A stretch of DNA of 64,000 nucleotides, from the NCBI GenBank assembly GCA_051294375.1, contig CM119265.1:14004124-14068123 (forward strand). Direction: 5' to 3'. This DNA is from Paraspadella gotoi (lineage: Eukaryota > Animalia > Chaetognatha). The notes beneath the pieces were generated by a model, which was not told where the DNA came from, ran no database searches, and saw only the letters and a list, made by a program, of their open reading frames with translations. Every line of letters starts with the position of its first letter. The stretch's first letter is position 1. Position numbers and translations under genes: made by a program. This document shows, in pieces, positions 22,235-36,789 of this stretch.

Positions 22235-25200
22235 TTACACCCAAGGGGTCCAGCCTTCATACAATAATGCCAAATTTTCGACGGAGGTTGCCTCTTTGAT
22301 GATCCAATCAACCTGATCAGCGACCGTCGTCCTGGCGGCGGAATCCGGATCTCGGCCTTCGAGTTTCAGCTTGACACGACGCCAAACTCCGACAGCATAA
22401 GAGTTTCGTTCTTGCAAAGCTCGTCCCGTCCTGGGGTCACGCGATGAGTGCTGATTGCTGGATGCCTGAACAATGGGGATCTTTTGGGCGCCAACGGATG
22501 CGGAACCATCGGAGGAGCGGTTGGTAGTCGCTGAAGACGACACCTTTTTAAAAGAGTCGTTGGTTTCGGGATTGATTGCGCCGTGATCGTCGGCGGCTAT
22601 TTGGTTGACTTGGGCGACCCCAGTTTGCATAGATAGAAGTGGTTTGGCCAAGTCTATAAGACTTTCGTACATTTTTGGGGTATCTTGGATGAGGTTTAAG
22701 GTAACGTTAGTTATATCACCAATTTTCGTAGCGTTGTCAGGCTGATCATCGGCACCTGCCGCAGATGAGTCATCCGTCTTAGAGTTGTCCGATTCAGAAA
22801 TTGAACCAACAGAGGAAACAAACGCAGCAAGATTCTCTGAATATTTCTTATATCGTGAGAGATAACCCCTAACGCCATCATCAGGGTCAGAGCCTTGAAT
22901 TTGTTCCTCATACTTCGACAAGTTTTTAAGAACAGCACGGACCTCTGATATTAATTTGTGATGAGTAGCTAACTGTAGTTTTAGCATACTTAGGATTTGC
23001 TTAATTGATGACTTTCGCTGGTCAGACTTGTTTATAATAGAACTCTTCATGTCTTGAGCACTCTGAAGAGATGTATGAACAAAGTCCTTGGCGGCACTCA
23101 GCCATTCGGATATAATGGTATCATCTGCCATTGGAATGGCTTTTAAAAGCGCTTCCTCATCAAGAGACACGGATGTATGACATTTCTCCTGGAGCTGGGC
23201 CACATGATGGAATGCCTGCAATAAATCAAGAAAAGCTGTATCGGCATTTTTAGCATCCTGTGATGTTGATCTAAAAGATTCAAAGTGCAAGATGGCATTA
23301 CAAAGCCTAACTATTTCCATCGTTATTTTTTTTTCATTGTCAATGACTTTTTGTCTTGAACGCTGTGTTGCTTCAAACTGACTTAAAACTTCAACCAAAT
23401 TCGGATTTGCTCCTGCGGCCCATTTGAGACGTTGAACGATACCTTGCTCCAATGCCTCATGCTTTTCAAATGCCATTGCAATAGGAGCTTCCATTGCCAA
23501 AATAGCATGAACTTTATGCTGCAGTTCCGTCAATGATGGTTGACGCAACTTTAGTTTCAAGCCACCAGTGTGAAGATTCGGAGCCGTCAAAGAAACAGTG
23601 GAAGAAAGAACATCATCGTGCACCCAACGGAATGTGCTTAGAGCGAGATGGGCCTGCTGGAGTCGTGATTTGAAGTCAGCAAGGGTGGCTTCAGTTCGAT
23701 GATGAAGATCGCGCTTTCTCCATGCAGAGTCATAGCCAGTAATCAGAACGCTTCCGCGGCTGAGATGAAAAGTATCAAGGACACCGATCTTCAATTGTGC
23801 TTCCACAGCTTTTTTGCACAGCTCATCCAATGTTTTGCAAGAGAGATCATTACTTTCAATCTCGAAAGACATCTCGACTCCCATCATAGATATGAATACA
23901 CAAAGCAAATTTCCTAGAGTTTGCGAAGAAAGTCCTAATAACTGTTTCCTTACAAACTCGGCAATGAAAGCCTTAACTGGTTTTGCAAGATTATTTTGCT
24001 CTAAAATGTTTAAAGAAATAAAATCCTGTTGTACATGTGCTTTATTCAATCTATCCTTCACAAAAGAGGGTGTAAAAAATGAGGAAGCATCAGGTGTTGA
24101 TTCTTCCGAAGGAGAAATATTAGCCTTTTCGGGAAACGTAATCAATTGTGAGTGAAGAATAGCAAGGTCAAAAAACTCTTGCATGGCTTTGAGGCGTCGT
24201 AAAAAAAATAGACTTTGTAAAATTTCAACGGTAGAAGAGTTTAGCGCAGTTTTTTGCAATGATCGCCCTTCCTTAATAATGTCGACCTTTCTCCAATTTT
24301 CCGGAATTTCCCCAAAGATATCCATAGCTTTATACATCGCAATAGCATCCGTTTCTAACTTTTCAAAGAGTCCATTAAAACCCATCAAAAGCATCTGGCC
24401 TGGAGTGAGGCTAGAAGTAGAAGCATTTGATTCAGTGTTATTCTTTTCAAACCCAGAATGTTTCATTAGTGAATCAAATCGTGTTCTAAGTTCTGTAACA
24501 GTTTTCAGTAAGGGAGAATCTGTCGGCACTTGTACTCCAATGATGACGCACATTAACTTCTGCTCAACTTGCTTGATAAGATTATCAATCCCAGAGAGCT
24601 TCTCCATAGAATCTGAGTGTTCTTGCATGGATTGGTGTAACAGATTTAATGATTGTAATGATTTTTGACTATCAGAAAGTTTGGTTTCGAATGTTCCTAT
24701 AAATTCCATTTCAATAGAATCACAATCCCGTAACAACAAACTTAACGCTTCCGCAGCTTGGATTACAGTTATCTCTTCAGTTAAAAAACACTTTAATGAT
24801 TCTGGCAAAATAATAGTCTTAAAGTTGGTAAGAAGTTCTTGAAGACCGAGAAAGACGTTTCGTACCATTGTCACTGCATTTACACCAGCATCAACAAATG
24901 GTAAAAACTGACTTGACTCGGGATGAAGTTCCATCAATATAGATCCACCAACGGAGCAATCTTTTAAAAGAGACACCATCTGTGCAATATTGGAAGAAAT
25001 ACTACATAATTCCTCCAAAAACCAAGTGCCCGTCATTGAAGTCAAATCCACGAGGCTGCTGGCCATTGAAGCCGCCTTTTCCATTTCTAGAACTTTCTTA
25101 CAAGAATTCAAAAGGGCAGTTACGAGGACGCAGCTCAAACTCAAAGCTCCCGCAAGAGGTGCATTTTCTTGAGTGAAAAATGTAATTGCTCCAGCTGCTT

Positions 25201-28200
25201 CAGTAACGGCGATCGAAAGTTGAGTTGACAAGGCGCTTACAGGATCTGTCCCACTATGTTTTGGACGCCCAGAACTAGTAATTTGTTCCAAAGCAGACCT
25301 CTTCATTCTTTCCGTAATTTTCCCATACTTCTCAGAAGTATCTTGATGAATATTTTTTAGTTTATCTTCAACTGCCATAGCTGCTAGACCTTTGCCAGTT
25401 ATTCTTTCTGAAGAATCCCCAACACCTAAATCATAATTTAAAGACAGCTTAAAGTCCTGTAGAATATTAAGACAAACAGAAACGCTAGGCAATGAACCCG
25501 ATGCTTCTAATAGCGATCTTAACCATCCCTTCCACAAATTGCAACGATCTTTTTCAAGGTAAACTTTAGGAAATCTTGAAATCATGTTCTGATAACTTTG
25601 AAGAATGTTAAGAAGAGCAACACCACATGATTGACGATTGTGCAACAAACTTGTTAACTGCCCTTCTGATTCCTCACATGCTTGGATCGTGTGACTCTGA
25701 CCAGCACTTTGTAAAAATTCTATTGCTGAAACATAGGGTGGTATTCCAAGGGAAATTGGTGTACTTGCCTCGGTATAAAGCTGTGACATAGTAGTTGAAC
25801 TGTCTGGTGCTTGTCCAGTCAGCAACAACGTCAGAGCGTCTTGATGAATGCTCGACCAAGAAGAAAATTCTTTCAGTTTTGCTTTAGCTTGCTCAGTCAC
25901 CAAAGATTGCTTGCGTTTAATATCAAAAAAGTCCGAAAATCGGTTTTTAAGCGAGTTCAACTGATGATCTTTGTCTCTCAAAGCTTGAGAAACGAGATAT
26001 GCACGACGCTTGATTACTTCTTCTTCTTGTTGGTTTTCTTCCATTGTTTTTATGCAATCTTGTAACTCACTCAGCTCCTCCACCAATTCTAATAGTAGTG
26101 CGGAAAGTTCTTGGCCATTCTTTGTCCAAGCACTTTTCATTTCTGCAACGCGAATGTCAAACATCGAAATGTTAATGTCTCTTTCCATCTCTTGCTTGTT
26201 TGTTGCATGAACCTCAGCTGCCTGCAGGCCACCAGCACCTCCATAGAAGGCGCCCGCAAATCCATCATGCAAACTTCCATTCAATGTCCAGTCAACAAGT
26301 GGATCATAGACAAATGCTTCTAGCAGTGTCAGAAGAATCTCTTTGCCCTTTCTAAGCGTTTTCATTACATGCTCACATGAGACACGGAAAGTACCCTCCA
26401 CACCAGTTACACCCAAAGCGGTCTCTAAATTCTGGGTCATTCGAAAGGGAACTCTTTCAGGAACTCTTAGAGATTTTCCTTTCTCAAAACAAACATTGTA
26501 GTCAATATGAACAACCTCACCAGTGGAAATATCAATAAGAACATTGTCGAGATGGCGATCGCCTAACCCAATCACATATCCAATAACACTCATAACAGCG
26601 GAAGAGCGCGCATAATTTTGTGACACGGTCCACCACTCGGCAGCACCAGCGCTAGAACACCACAACTCTCTCGATAATAAATCGGAGGGAGTTTCATTTA
26701 TAAGCTCTTCCAAGACCTTTTTGAGAGTTTGCAAGGGCCACTCCTTTCGGTTTTCTAAAGTCGCACTGATTCCTAATTCTTTTAAGGCCGGATTCAATTT
26801 GTTGTAATATATTTCTGTAGGGCGTGGAACACTAGGAGGAGGTACCGATGAACTCCTTTCGGCAGAACCCTGCTGATCTTTCGTCCGACTCTCTTTAGCA
26901 AAAGCAGCTTCTCGTTGCTGCCATCTCTTGTAAAGACCAAATAGGGGCGTGGCGCCATCCACCCATTGGATAAGACCCGAACGGGAACCTAGTGGAGTCA
27001 CTGAGTAGTGCCGCGCAAAATATTTTGGCGTCTTGGACATGGCTACGGAAGAATTATTAGATTTTGAAAACATAGTATTAACAATTGAGAGAAACTGCAT
27101 GATTCGCTCATCCAAATGAAGATCTTCCAGTCCTTTAAAAAGATAAGCATGTTTCTTGCCATCAGAACCAAAAAACACTAATTTCTTTGGCTTTGTTTTT
27201 GTGGGGAGAATCGAAACAACGGTATCACAACGAGCAACATAAACTCCGCCCAAGATACTACACTGCTCATTCACTTCCTCAGCACAAAAAATGCCAGGCA
27301 TAGGAATGGTTGTTCCACACAAGCGAGCTAAGGCCGGCGAGATAAATCGCAAATCGAGAAGATGAGCCGCTTTTCTCTGAGCTCGTTGCTGGAGTGATTG
27401 GTGTAGCAAGCGGATTGGCTGCCACGTCTTTGTTGGTAGATGGGGCTGTGACGGATACTCAAGTTGATTGATAGTTGAGTCGATATGCGACTTGTAATTT
27501 TTTTGAAACCACTCTTCATGCGGGGTTTGTGGAGTTCTCGCAACAGTGACACTGCGAAGATGCTTAAGAACATAGAGCACAGGTTTCATGATTGTTTGGT
27601 GCTTTTCCCTAATGATAGCCTCTCGTTCTTCCTTGCTAAGAGCTGGGTTTAAGTTGACCTTTTTCAATTCGGACTCGAGACGAGCAATGCATTTGGCTAA
27701 ATCAGCTTGATTCTGATTTAGGGTACCGAGCCACAACTCGTCCCAAAGAAGTGTGATGCGTCTAAGTTCGGCGACAAACAGTTGTACCTAATGGGGAGGG
27801 AAAATATTGAGAGTTAAAAAACTGTAATTAAGTAAAATAGTCTCATACAGTATATACTATATTACGAGAAGGTCTGAAATGTAAAAAATATAAATAAGAA
27901 AAAACAAAAAAAAACAAAAAAAAACTATGAAGGAAAAATTATTGTTAATTATCATAGATTTTTTTTTCCTAAAATCGTATCTATAATTTTATACGAAACC
28001 AAAGAATTTTTGGTTCTTGCTCTTCGACATTTCACAATCTTTATTTCAACTACTGACACATTTTTTGAACCTGCGCAATCATAGACGAGCTCTTCGCGGC
28101 CAAAGTGTCGACGAAAGAAGCGTAGGAATTGCCCACCAACGCAGCTTCTTCCTGGGATCTCTCTTTATTGACGTAATCCTTCTCCTCGGTCTCAGAGATG

Positions 28201-31200
28201 TTCCTCACCAACAAGGAATTTAAGTTGTCGTATGGTGCCGCGGTTTCAACAGTTTCATCAGTACTCGACTTTCGTCCTCCGATCTCTCGCTTTGACCCCT
28301 CGTTGGCTGCGACAGAGATCGTCTGGGATCCGACCACCGCCGGATAAACGATGAGATGCGGCGTGTCGGCGGCGATACGACAGAGGAGTTCAGTGATGCT
28401 TCGCCGCACGTAAGGTTCTGGATGATTGAGCCGGCTGAAAAGTTGCGGGACGATAGAGCGCCAGGGGAGCGTTGGGGTTTTAGCCAGGCCAACCTCCAAT
28501 TCCGAGCGTAATTCGCCGGCATGCTTGACCAAAAGTCGAAGAAGACGCAGCGTCGCCGTGACGGCGCCCTCTTCACCCACACCGTCGTCGTTTCGTATGA
28601 CCGTCGAGATAGTTTCTCCGGCCCTGCTGTCATCGGATTCAGTCTCGGCGCCGATTTTAGAATCGGGGACAACCCCGGATATTAGTTTGAGGTATTTGAA
28701 ATATGCTTCGGCAGCAACTTGGTAGTGGCCATATAGGCGGTTGGAGATACGGCGCCAAGCGGAGACAATCTCTTGGAGACGTTCATCTAGAGCAGGATCG
28801 CGAAGACTAGGGCAGGCAGAGAGAAGAAGATTCTTAACCGCTTCGGCCCCATCGACGTAAAGGCTTTGGTCTTGATCCGTTACATCGTCTTCGTTGAGAG
28901 ATTGAGAACCAAAGTGCACCTTGTCACAAATCAAATAAAATCAAGTGAATTAAAATGGAATAAATTAAGATAAGGACAATCAAAGTCAAATAAACGAATT
29001 TAATCGATTTTAACAAGTATACACCATAATTAACGTCCCAAAACAGACCAAAACCAATGCGGACCTGTTCCAAAATACCAAGAGCAGTTTCCACTTCGTC
29101 CTGTGTCATCCATTTTGTCGGCAGAAGAGACAAGAAGAATTGCCTATCTGAGTCGCGTTGCGTCTTTGTCGTTGTCATAACCACCTCCGGCGCAGGTGAG
29201 GAAGTCATGAGACTGGCGTCCACTGTTTTTCGCCCTTTTTTATAGCTCCAGCCCGCCAAAGTAAACCACGATTTTGCAAGCGTTCTTTAAAAAAAATGTA
29301 TTCAGATTAAACTAACAAAAAAACAATTGAAAAACTTTTAGATAGTTCATCATAAGTCGTTCAATTTATTTAACCTGCAGTGGACTGTGCTGAGATTAAG
29401 CATACTGGCGACGAGATGATCAATGCTGGAGGTACTGTCGCCAGGTTGTCCAGAGGCGCCAGCCGCGAGCGCTAAAGACGACAACGTTGCTTGAATCACG
29501 TTCGAAGAAGAGCAGTAATCGGCGGGATAAAGTTGCTCCGTGAACATAGAAAGCGTCTGAATATTCTATAAAACAAATAGATATTAACTTTAAAAATTTG
29601 AGACAAAGAAATCAACCAACGATATCAGCATTCGGTATTATTTATTTATTATTTAATTTGTCTCGCGCATTCTTCCGATAGCAAAAGGAAAATAGTCGGA
29701 ATGAAAGGACTGAATTATGAAAATAAATACCTGCATCAGTGTAGGAGCTGACGAGGCCTCCGGGGTATCATTCAGGTTCAGCCCCACCAACGACGGAAAA
29801 GGAAAGGCAGAATCAGAGAGCGTGGGTTGAGTTATAAAAACAGCACTTTCTTGCTGTTGACACCACTTGGCCAGGTTCAACAACGATCGCGAAATACATT
29901 CCCGAACCTGAGCAAATATGTTTTTTTGATAATTTTAAAGCTTCAGTCGAAACATCCCTCAAATTTTTATTTTAAACCAATTGAGAACAGTGGATTACCT
30001 TATCAAGACTTCTCTTCGGTAGAGCTTGACCGGATACGGACATCGACCAAACAACATCTTGTAAACAACCGCTCAGCTGTTCGATGGCGATCTTGGTTAA
30101 ATTATGGCGATTCGGCGCTCCCCAAGCATTTTGAGCAGAATGCAAACCAGCTAATTGGGATGGAAAAAAACCTTATAACATTTTAAAATAATGGGAAAAT
30201 TAACTTTTTTTAAAAAATTGGGTTGAATGGATTTCTAAAAAATGTTATTTAAAATACTACGAACTCACCTGTGCCGATACTGAAGGCGTTCATTAACTTG
30301 CAAATTTCTCGGGTTAAAGTTAAAAAATGTAAGGGGTTCATTTCAGGGCAGAAAGCCCTTAACGGTTCCAACAACTTTGGGAGCGCGTGTCCGGGCTCGA
30401 GCCTTTCGTTTTTCATTTCGGAAGAAATTCCCGGAGTTTCCACGAAGCTCTGTACCTCTTTAATCAACAGTTCTTGTGCCAAGGCTGGGTTACGTTGCTT
30501 TCGGCAAAGTCTGGCGACACAGAGTCGAAGATTACTGAGCGGAGGCAGCAAGTGATCCGACGACAATTTAGTCCCCTTGAGTGCATTTGGCGCCACCAGC
30601 AGCAAATGGAGAAGAGGTCGAAGACGACTGGTCTCTGGTTCCAAATACGACAACCGACCCGACGAGCCTAGGATGTCGGCTATGTTCTGAGCGATTCCTC
30701 CTTCGGGATTCCGAAGACATTCAAGAATCCGAGCGTCGATATGCAAACGTTGACGATGTTCGAGAACGCTAGTCGGAGCAACGGGTCTACGAAGCATTTC
30801 GGCAGAAATGCAGGAATCGAGAAGAGAAGCAGCGAAATCAACATGATCCGTTTGATCTTTCTGACCGTGAATGGAATCGAGGAGAGTTTGGGTTGCAGAA
30901 ACAAAGAGTGTTTCCCGTTCCGCGGATCGAAGACACTCTTCATGACTCCAAAGAACCGCTGGCCGTCTGAAGTGGCTGTTTGAAGAAAAAATTGTTTTTT
31001 TTTTATTTCTAAAGGGAAACCTTTTTCTGCTTAAATCGACGGGCAGACGCGACGGTCCATAACGGTTATCTATGTACAAATTTTGATTTCGTAAAATCTA
31101 ATATTTTCATGGGAATTGTGAGTTCAAGCGGTTAAATATCAAATAAAACTAAAAACGGACTACACTTACCTCGAAGTCCCATCTTCCGAATTTGCTAATA

Positions 31201-34200
31201 TTCTGCAAGTTTCTGAGGCGTCACCGGCAGCAAAAGCAGAGAGGGCCGATACGTACGAAGCGTCGGAAGGCGACTGACAAAAGACATGGGGAAGAGCTGC
31301 GGAAACCTTTTCCCGATTCTCAGCAATCACCCCGCTCCAACGAAGATACTCGGACCAGTTTCCAATGTTTAAGTATGAATCCAATAGCTCCTCTCCTAAG
31401 AAAGCCAACGGCCTCGTTGGCTCTAACGTGGGACCTCTGATCGGATTCTCCTCCTCGTTATCTTCCTTCTCATCGATCACCTTCCCTTCCTCGACCTCGT
31501 CATCATCCATGCCTAAAGAAACGAATAAGCTGCCCTGTTCCAAGGAATTTAGCGACTCCATCAGTTGATCTCCCGGAGAGAGTTGAAAATCGTTCTTTTT
31601 GCTCGGAGATTCAACTTCATGTAATTGCGAAAAGTCTTCTTTCTCGGAGGCGGTCAACCAAGGCATTAATAGCGTGGACACTTGTTGACAGCATTGCTCC
31701 TCCTGACCTCCGGCCTTCTCAGCAAGGCAACGAATCCAGGAAAACTTCTTGCCCAAAGCTTTTTTACACCATTGGTAAAGACCGAGAACCATTCCAGGTG
31801 CTCTGACATTGATTAAGGCCTTCACATACAGCATCATTGCGAGTTCCAATTGTTCATATTGCTGAGTATTAAAAGACTTTGTGGAGAAGTTGGATCCGTT
31901 AATACCAGAGGCAGACGAAGCAGCAGCCATTTCCCGAAGCAACTCGTTGCCGTGCCAGAGACTCAAATAAGGATTACCCTCTCCTAGACTCACAATCATC
32001 ATCGTAAGACGATTCCGATGAATCCATTCCTGGCATGAGGATTTGTTTGTTCGAAAAAAAGTTCGCACAAGTTTACTTGGCGCTGGCAGGGCAGCCGAGG
32101 CACAACCTTCATAAGCGTTATAAAGTTGTTTTTCCAAATGGTCGACAAAAAGGGTAAGAGAGTGTACACGTTGATGGCTTCCTGAAACAAGGGGCAACCA
32201 TTTGGAAAAAGCTTCTTCAATTACAGCGGCGTCGCTTCTTATTTTTAACTGCAGGGCGAACACTTTTAAAATGTTCTCAACAGCGGTAAACGTGTCCAAA
32301 GCTTTCCCGAGAGGGCTGCGAAGTTTGTTGACGATGCAAAAATGGGCAGTTTCCCAACAGGCCCAGTTCCAGAGGAAAGACTTGTCGCGCTCAAAATAAG
32401 GTGAAGTCCCTTGAAAATCGTTGCAGATTGGCCCTTCATCTCGTTGGCACGAGTGAAACAGCCACTCCAACCAATCTTCGTGGTCCAAAAGGTGCTCTTC
32501 TAAATGTCCAAACAAAATGTAACCCATAACTACTCTAAAGTTTAATGCGTGAAAATTTCCCTGCCAGCTTTGAGCGACGTGATTTTTAAAGGCTTTCGTC
32601 GCTGTTGTCGTCGTCGTCTCCTCCGCCGTTTCGCCTTTGGAATTCATGGTTTTATAGGGTAAAGAGTTCTCCTCTTGATTGATATTCAAACGGACTTCGT
32701 CATTTACAGCGTTATTTGTAGAAGAAAAAACAACGTAGAGTGGTTGCGCTTTAAGAAGCGTCAGAAAAGCTGCAGAAACAGTCGGTAGGGTAGAAGCCGC
32801 CAACGACTTAGCTAGTTCGAAAAGAAGGAAAATTATTTTCACTGGAACTGCCGTCGAGTGCAAAGCTAGTAACAACAGTGGCCCATGGGTAGCTAATATT
32901 ACATCCTCGTATCTTGTTGCCCTGGCGAGGTTAATGATTGCCATAAACAAACGAATCGTATCTGGATGTCTAAATACGGGTGCTTCCATCTGACCCTTAA
33001 TAACGGCTTCAAAAACATCGTTGGTCCAATCGAGACAGAGCAACAATGCGGGTTTTGATGTAGATGGATTTTCAAAAACGAGTGTCAATACTTTAATGCT
33101 CTTGTTGAGGTGGGTTGATGTTGAGGGGTTCATATTCGCCAACAAAGGGGATGACTCTTTCTCCGACAGCACCATTGAAGTGCTGGTGAGGAAGTGACCA
33201 TGCTTCTGTGAGTGAGCCTCGAGTGCTTTGAGTGTCGCAAAAAAAACTGAGGGAAAATGTCGTGCGAGGGTGTCGTCACTGGGGCGAAGATGTTGACTGA
33301 AAAGAGAAAACAAGGACGGACGAAGCGCCCACATTCCCATGAAGGAGTTCTTATGATTTCCCATTTCCGTCAAGGCGTAGAGATTAAAGATGACAATGAC
33401 CTTAAAAGAAACAGTTGGAAAAAAAAAGACATTGAGAGTTAGGTACATTCACAAATAAAATAATAATAATAAATTAATAATAAAATAATATGAGAAATAC
33501 CTGGGCCTCGTTAACCTCGAGACTCCATTCGGCATGAGGGTTCTCCTTCAGAATAGCCACCAAAGCTACACCTTCTTCCGACGTAGCGAGCAGCAATGTA
33601 TTGAATGCCACTTGAAGTTCTCCCACGATATGCGAATAGGCCTCCTCCAGTAAAGAGGGACTTTTCACAGATAATATTGTCGTATAAAATTCCATCACGG
33701 CGTCGACGAGACGAGAATCCTGCTCTAGCTTAAGGCGTGGAATCACAGACGAAGGCCCCAACAACTCTTTCAATAACTGTTGCGGGGTCGAAGAAGCCGT
33801 CTTTTCCACAGTCTTCGTCAACATCGTGAGGAAGCTGTCTACGAGTGGTTCAGGAAGAATAGGATTAGCACCTCGGCGAGATCGAGTAGAAAGTCGTGGT
33901 CGACTGCTGTTTATTCTACTATACTCGGCCTCAAGAAGAGAAGATTCCCAAATGAAAAACTTTCCAATTTGCTCGCTAACTGAAATAAAAAAATGACGAT
34001 TGACTATCGAATTTTAGATATAATTTCAATTTTACAGACAAGTCAAACCTTACCGGAAAGGATTTCTTTTTGTAGACTTTCCACAAACAGGGTGACGCAT
34101 CTATTCGTGAGTACAAGATTTTCTTCCGAAAATTTTTTTTCGCAAGAACAGGTGACTGTAGGGAGAATTTTATCGAGGCATTCCGCGACGAAAGGGGTTT

Positions 34201-35990
34201 CCATACCCGGAAGATTTGAGAAATCGTCTCCGAGACACTAAATAATCAATTTCAAGAAGTTAAAGAAGGAATAAATTGATAAAAAATTGCTCGTCATACT
34301 TTCAAAACTGTCGTAAAAACGTTGATAAGCGCCCCGATTTTTGCAGTCGCCTCGACTATCTCGTTTTTGTCCTCCGCGCGAGAAATGTCGCTCTGATATT
34401 CTTCGAGATCTTCCAGAAACTGTCCGATCAGAGTTAAGGAATAGTCCATGTCTTTCATCCAAAACTGTCTCATACTGATCAGAGTATCGGAAGTTTTTTT
34501 AATTAAATCGGACCGCTGTTGTGTATCGATGTGCCACCCGACGAGGATGTCCACGATGTCTTGGAATCCGTCACAGAGAACATGAGGATATAGCGCAACA
34601 ACAGTGTCGATAACGCCCAAAATGCCGATCAACGACGAGGCGGTCTCGGCGTTTTCGAGGCACACCTGAACTCGGCTCATTAGAGAACCGACTGTGGACG
34701 CCGTCGCACGAGACTGGTTCTGATACTTAGAGGCTTTGGATGAAAAAGAGCGTAGACAGGCGGAGAGAACCTCGAGGTGAAAGACTCTCCACTCATCCTT
34801 CTCCAAAGAATTTAGCCGTTCGAAAAGACCGTCGAAAAAGTTTTCCAGCGAGTCCAACGAGCTTTTTCTCATCATCACGCCGCCGAGATTACCCAAGCAT
34901 TGAAGGATCTCCACGCGCAAGTCGCCAAAGCTCTTAGATCCGTCGACAACGGCGTTGCTGAGTGCTTTCAGGACGAAGGGAGCGGATCGTTGCAGTTCCT
35001 CGAAATCAACATAGTCGACATATTCTTGAAGTTGACGAGCGGCTGCAAGACGACGATCTCGATCTTCGACGTTGACAATTCGACGAACGAGTTTAGAAAG
35101 TTTGGTATCGTCCTCGAGAAAAGCCTGAATAGTAATTAAATCTTAATAATTAAAACAACACTGAATAGTGAAAACAAAAAATATTTCAAAAGAACCTGCA
35201 GCGGAGTGATTCTCTCCTCATCCCTCGCTGGGGATCGTCGCCGACGAGTCCTCGTTTCTTCTGAGCCTAAGTTTCGAGTCCTCCCCATAGACAGCTTCCC
35301 CCTCCGAGTGTCTCTCTCGTCGTCGAACTGTTGCCACTGAAAGTCCTCATCCTCTCTCGGTGACTCTCCGCCCCCAAAATCGTCGTTTGCTTCGTCCTTC
35401 CAACCTTTGTTTCGGCGGAACCGCTGGGGTCTTTCCTCCGGTCGGCGGCCATCTCGTCCGCCTCTGAAACGGTTGCCTCCGCCGCCGCCCCCACTTCTGA
35501 CGCGAACGCCCCGATCTGCCCCAGGATTCACCGTCGAGTGGTCGTTCGAATCCAAGGAACTCTTATCGTCCGACTCCTCGTCGTCCATGGGACCGTCCGC
35601 TTCATCTGGGGCAGGCTCGCCTCTTTCCGCACTGTCGTCAAACCTCGGTCGTGCGTGGGGAGGAACCCTTTCAGGAGACTGATCAGATTTTGTCTGAACA
35701 TTACCGTGGCGATCGTTCCGTTCGGACCGACCGCTAAATCTTTCGTAGCGACCTGTCCTCCTTTTGTCATCGCGTCCACCGCGATCGAAACGATCGAAGC
35801 GATCCCCCCTCTCTCCTCGATCTCGACGCCCCCAACGTTGATCTCTACGATCAAGTCTGTCGGCATTTCCGGTTCCGCCGCCCACTCCACGTTCATGTCG
35901 TGGATCATCCACGTCGTCATACTCGCGTGGCTCAAAGTTTTGCGGACGTCTGGGCCCTCGCCTATACCTATGCTGATCGCGAGGACGCAT
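22235..35990 (-). CDS. SMG1: PIKK kinase SMG1, ~4117 aa; 12 exons: 35990-35196, 35124-34300, 34237-34054, 33979-33501, 33400-31170, 30966-30269, 30150-29999, 29907-29731, 29565-29375, 29284-29065, 28919-28071, 27787-22235
   Basis: LPTKTKPKKL, YLFKGLEDLHLDERIMQ, IGLGDRHLDN, HIDYNVCFEKG, FATC end LYEGWTPWV, DIVDILVGWHID, IVPQLFSRLNHPE; summed exon length (12354 nt) is divisible by 3. Confidence 0.95.
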
Positions 35991-36417
35991 AATCCTAAAT
36001 AAAAGCGGGGACAATATCTCCAACTTTCAAATTATAACGTACAACCTATGAACAATAATATTATAATTATAATTAAAAAAGAACTAATTCGAACAAACTA
36101 AAAGCTTTCAGCTACCTAATGTTCCAAAAATAGCAAAATTCCCAACTAAACAATGAATATGATATTGAAAAAATGACTCCTATCGGATTCAATGAATTTG
36201 ACGAGCGCCCTCCATTTATTTTACTTCTCTTAAAAAATAAATAAATTTAAAAAAAATCAAGTATCAAGTATGCATGATTAAGCGTCATAACTTCCCATTG
36301 CATTGGTTTCTTAATTTAACCTTTTATTATCTTCGTATTATACCTCGCTAAATTTTGAACCACGAAGAAAAAAAAACATCAATACGAATTAATAAGTTCG
36401 TAAATTCAAATTAAATT

Positions 36418-36789
36418 TCATTCGAAGTGCATGGCGGAATAAAAGCAGATCCACGCAACGAGAAAAGCGGCGAAGGAGGTAAGGAATCCCTCTTTGACCA
36501 TTTCGAACGCCCCACCGTACTCTTCTTCGTCGACATTCTGAAAATTGTTTGAGTACACATAGAGAGAACCGGCGTTGATGGCGGCGAAGCTGGCGAGTCC
36601 CACTATTCCCCTCATGGGGATGAGGCCCCAAATGACACCAAGAACCACGCCTAGGATTTGGCGAGAGTAATAAACCACGTCTAGGAATTCGTCCTTGTCC
36701 GGCCACTGAGAGGATGGGGTGAAGGCACGAGTCCAAACCGACGGAAGGACGGGCTCGCTTTGGCGAGAGGATCGGCTGTGACTTTGCAT
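36418..36789 (-). CDS. RAB5IF: RAB5IF/C20orf24 (OPTI, GEL complex subunit), 123 aa, single exon
   Basis: WPDKDEFLDVVY..RQI.GV..G.IWG.IP, DEEEYGG, KEGF.TSFA.FLV.WI. Confidence 0.93.
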   Translation of the reverse strand: MQSHSRSSRQSEPVLPSVWTRAFTPSSQWPDKDEFLDVVYYSRQILGVVLGVIWGLIPMRGIVGLASFAAINAGSLYVYSNNFQNVDEEEYGGAFEMVKEGFLTSFAAFLVAWICFYSAMHFE

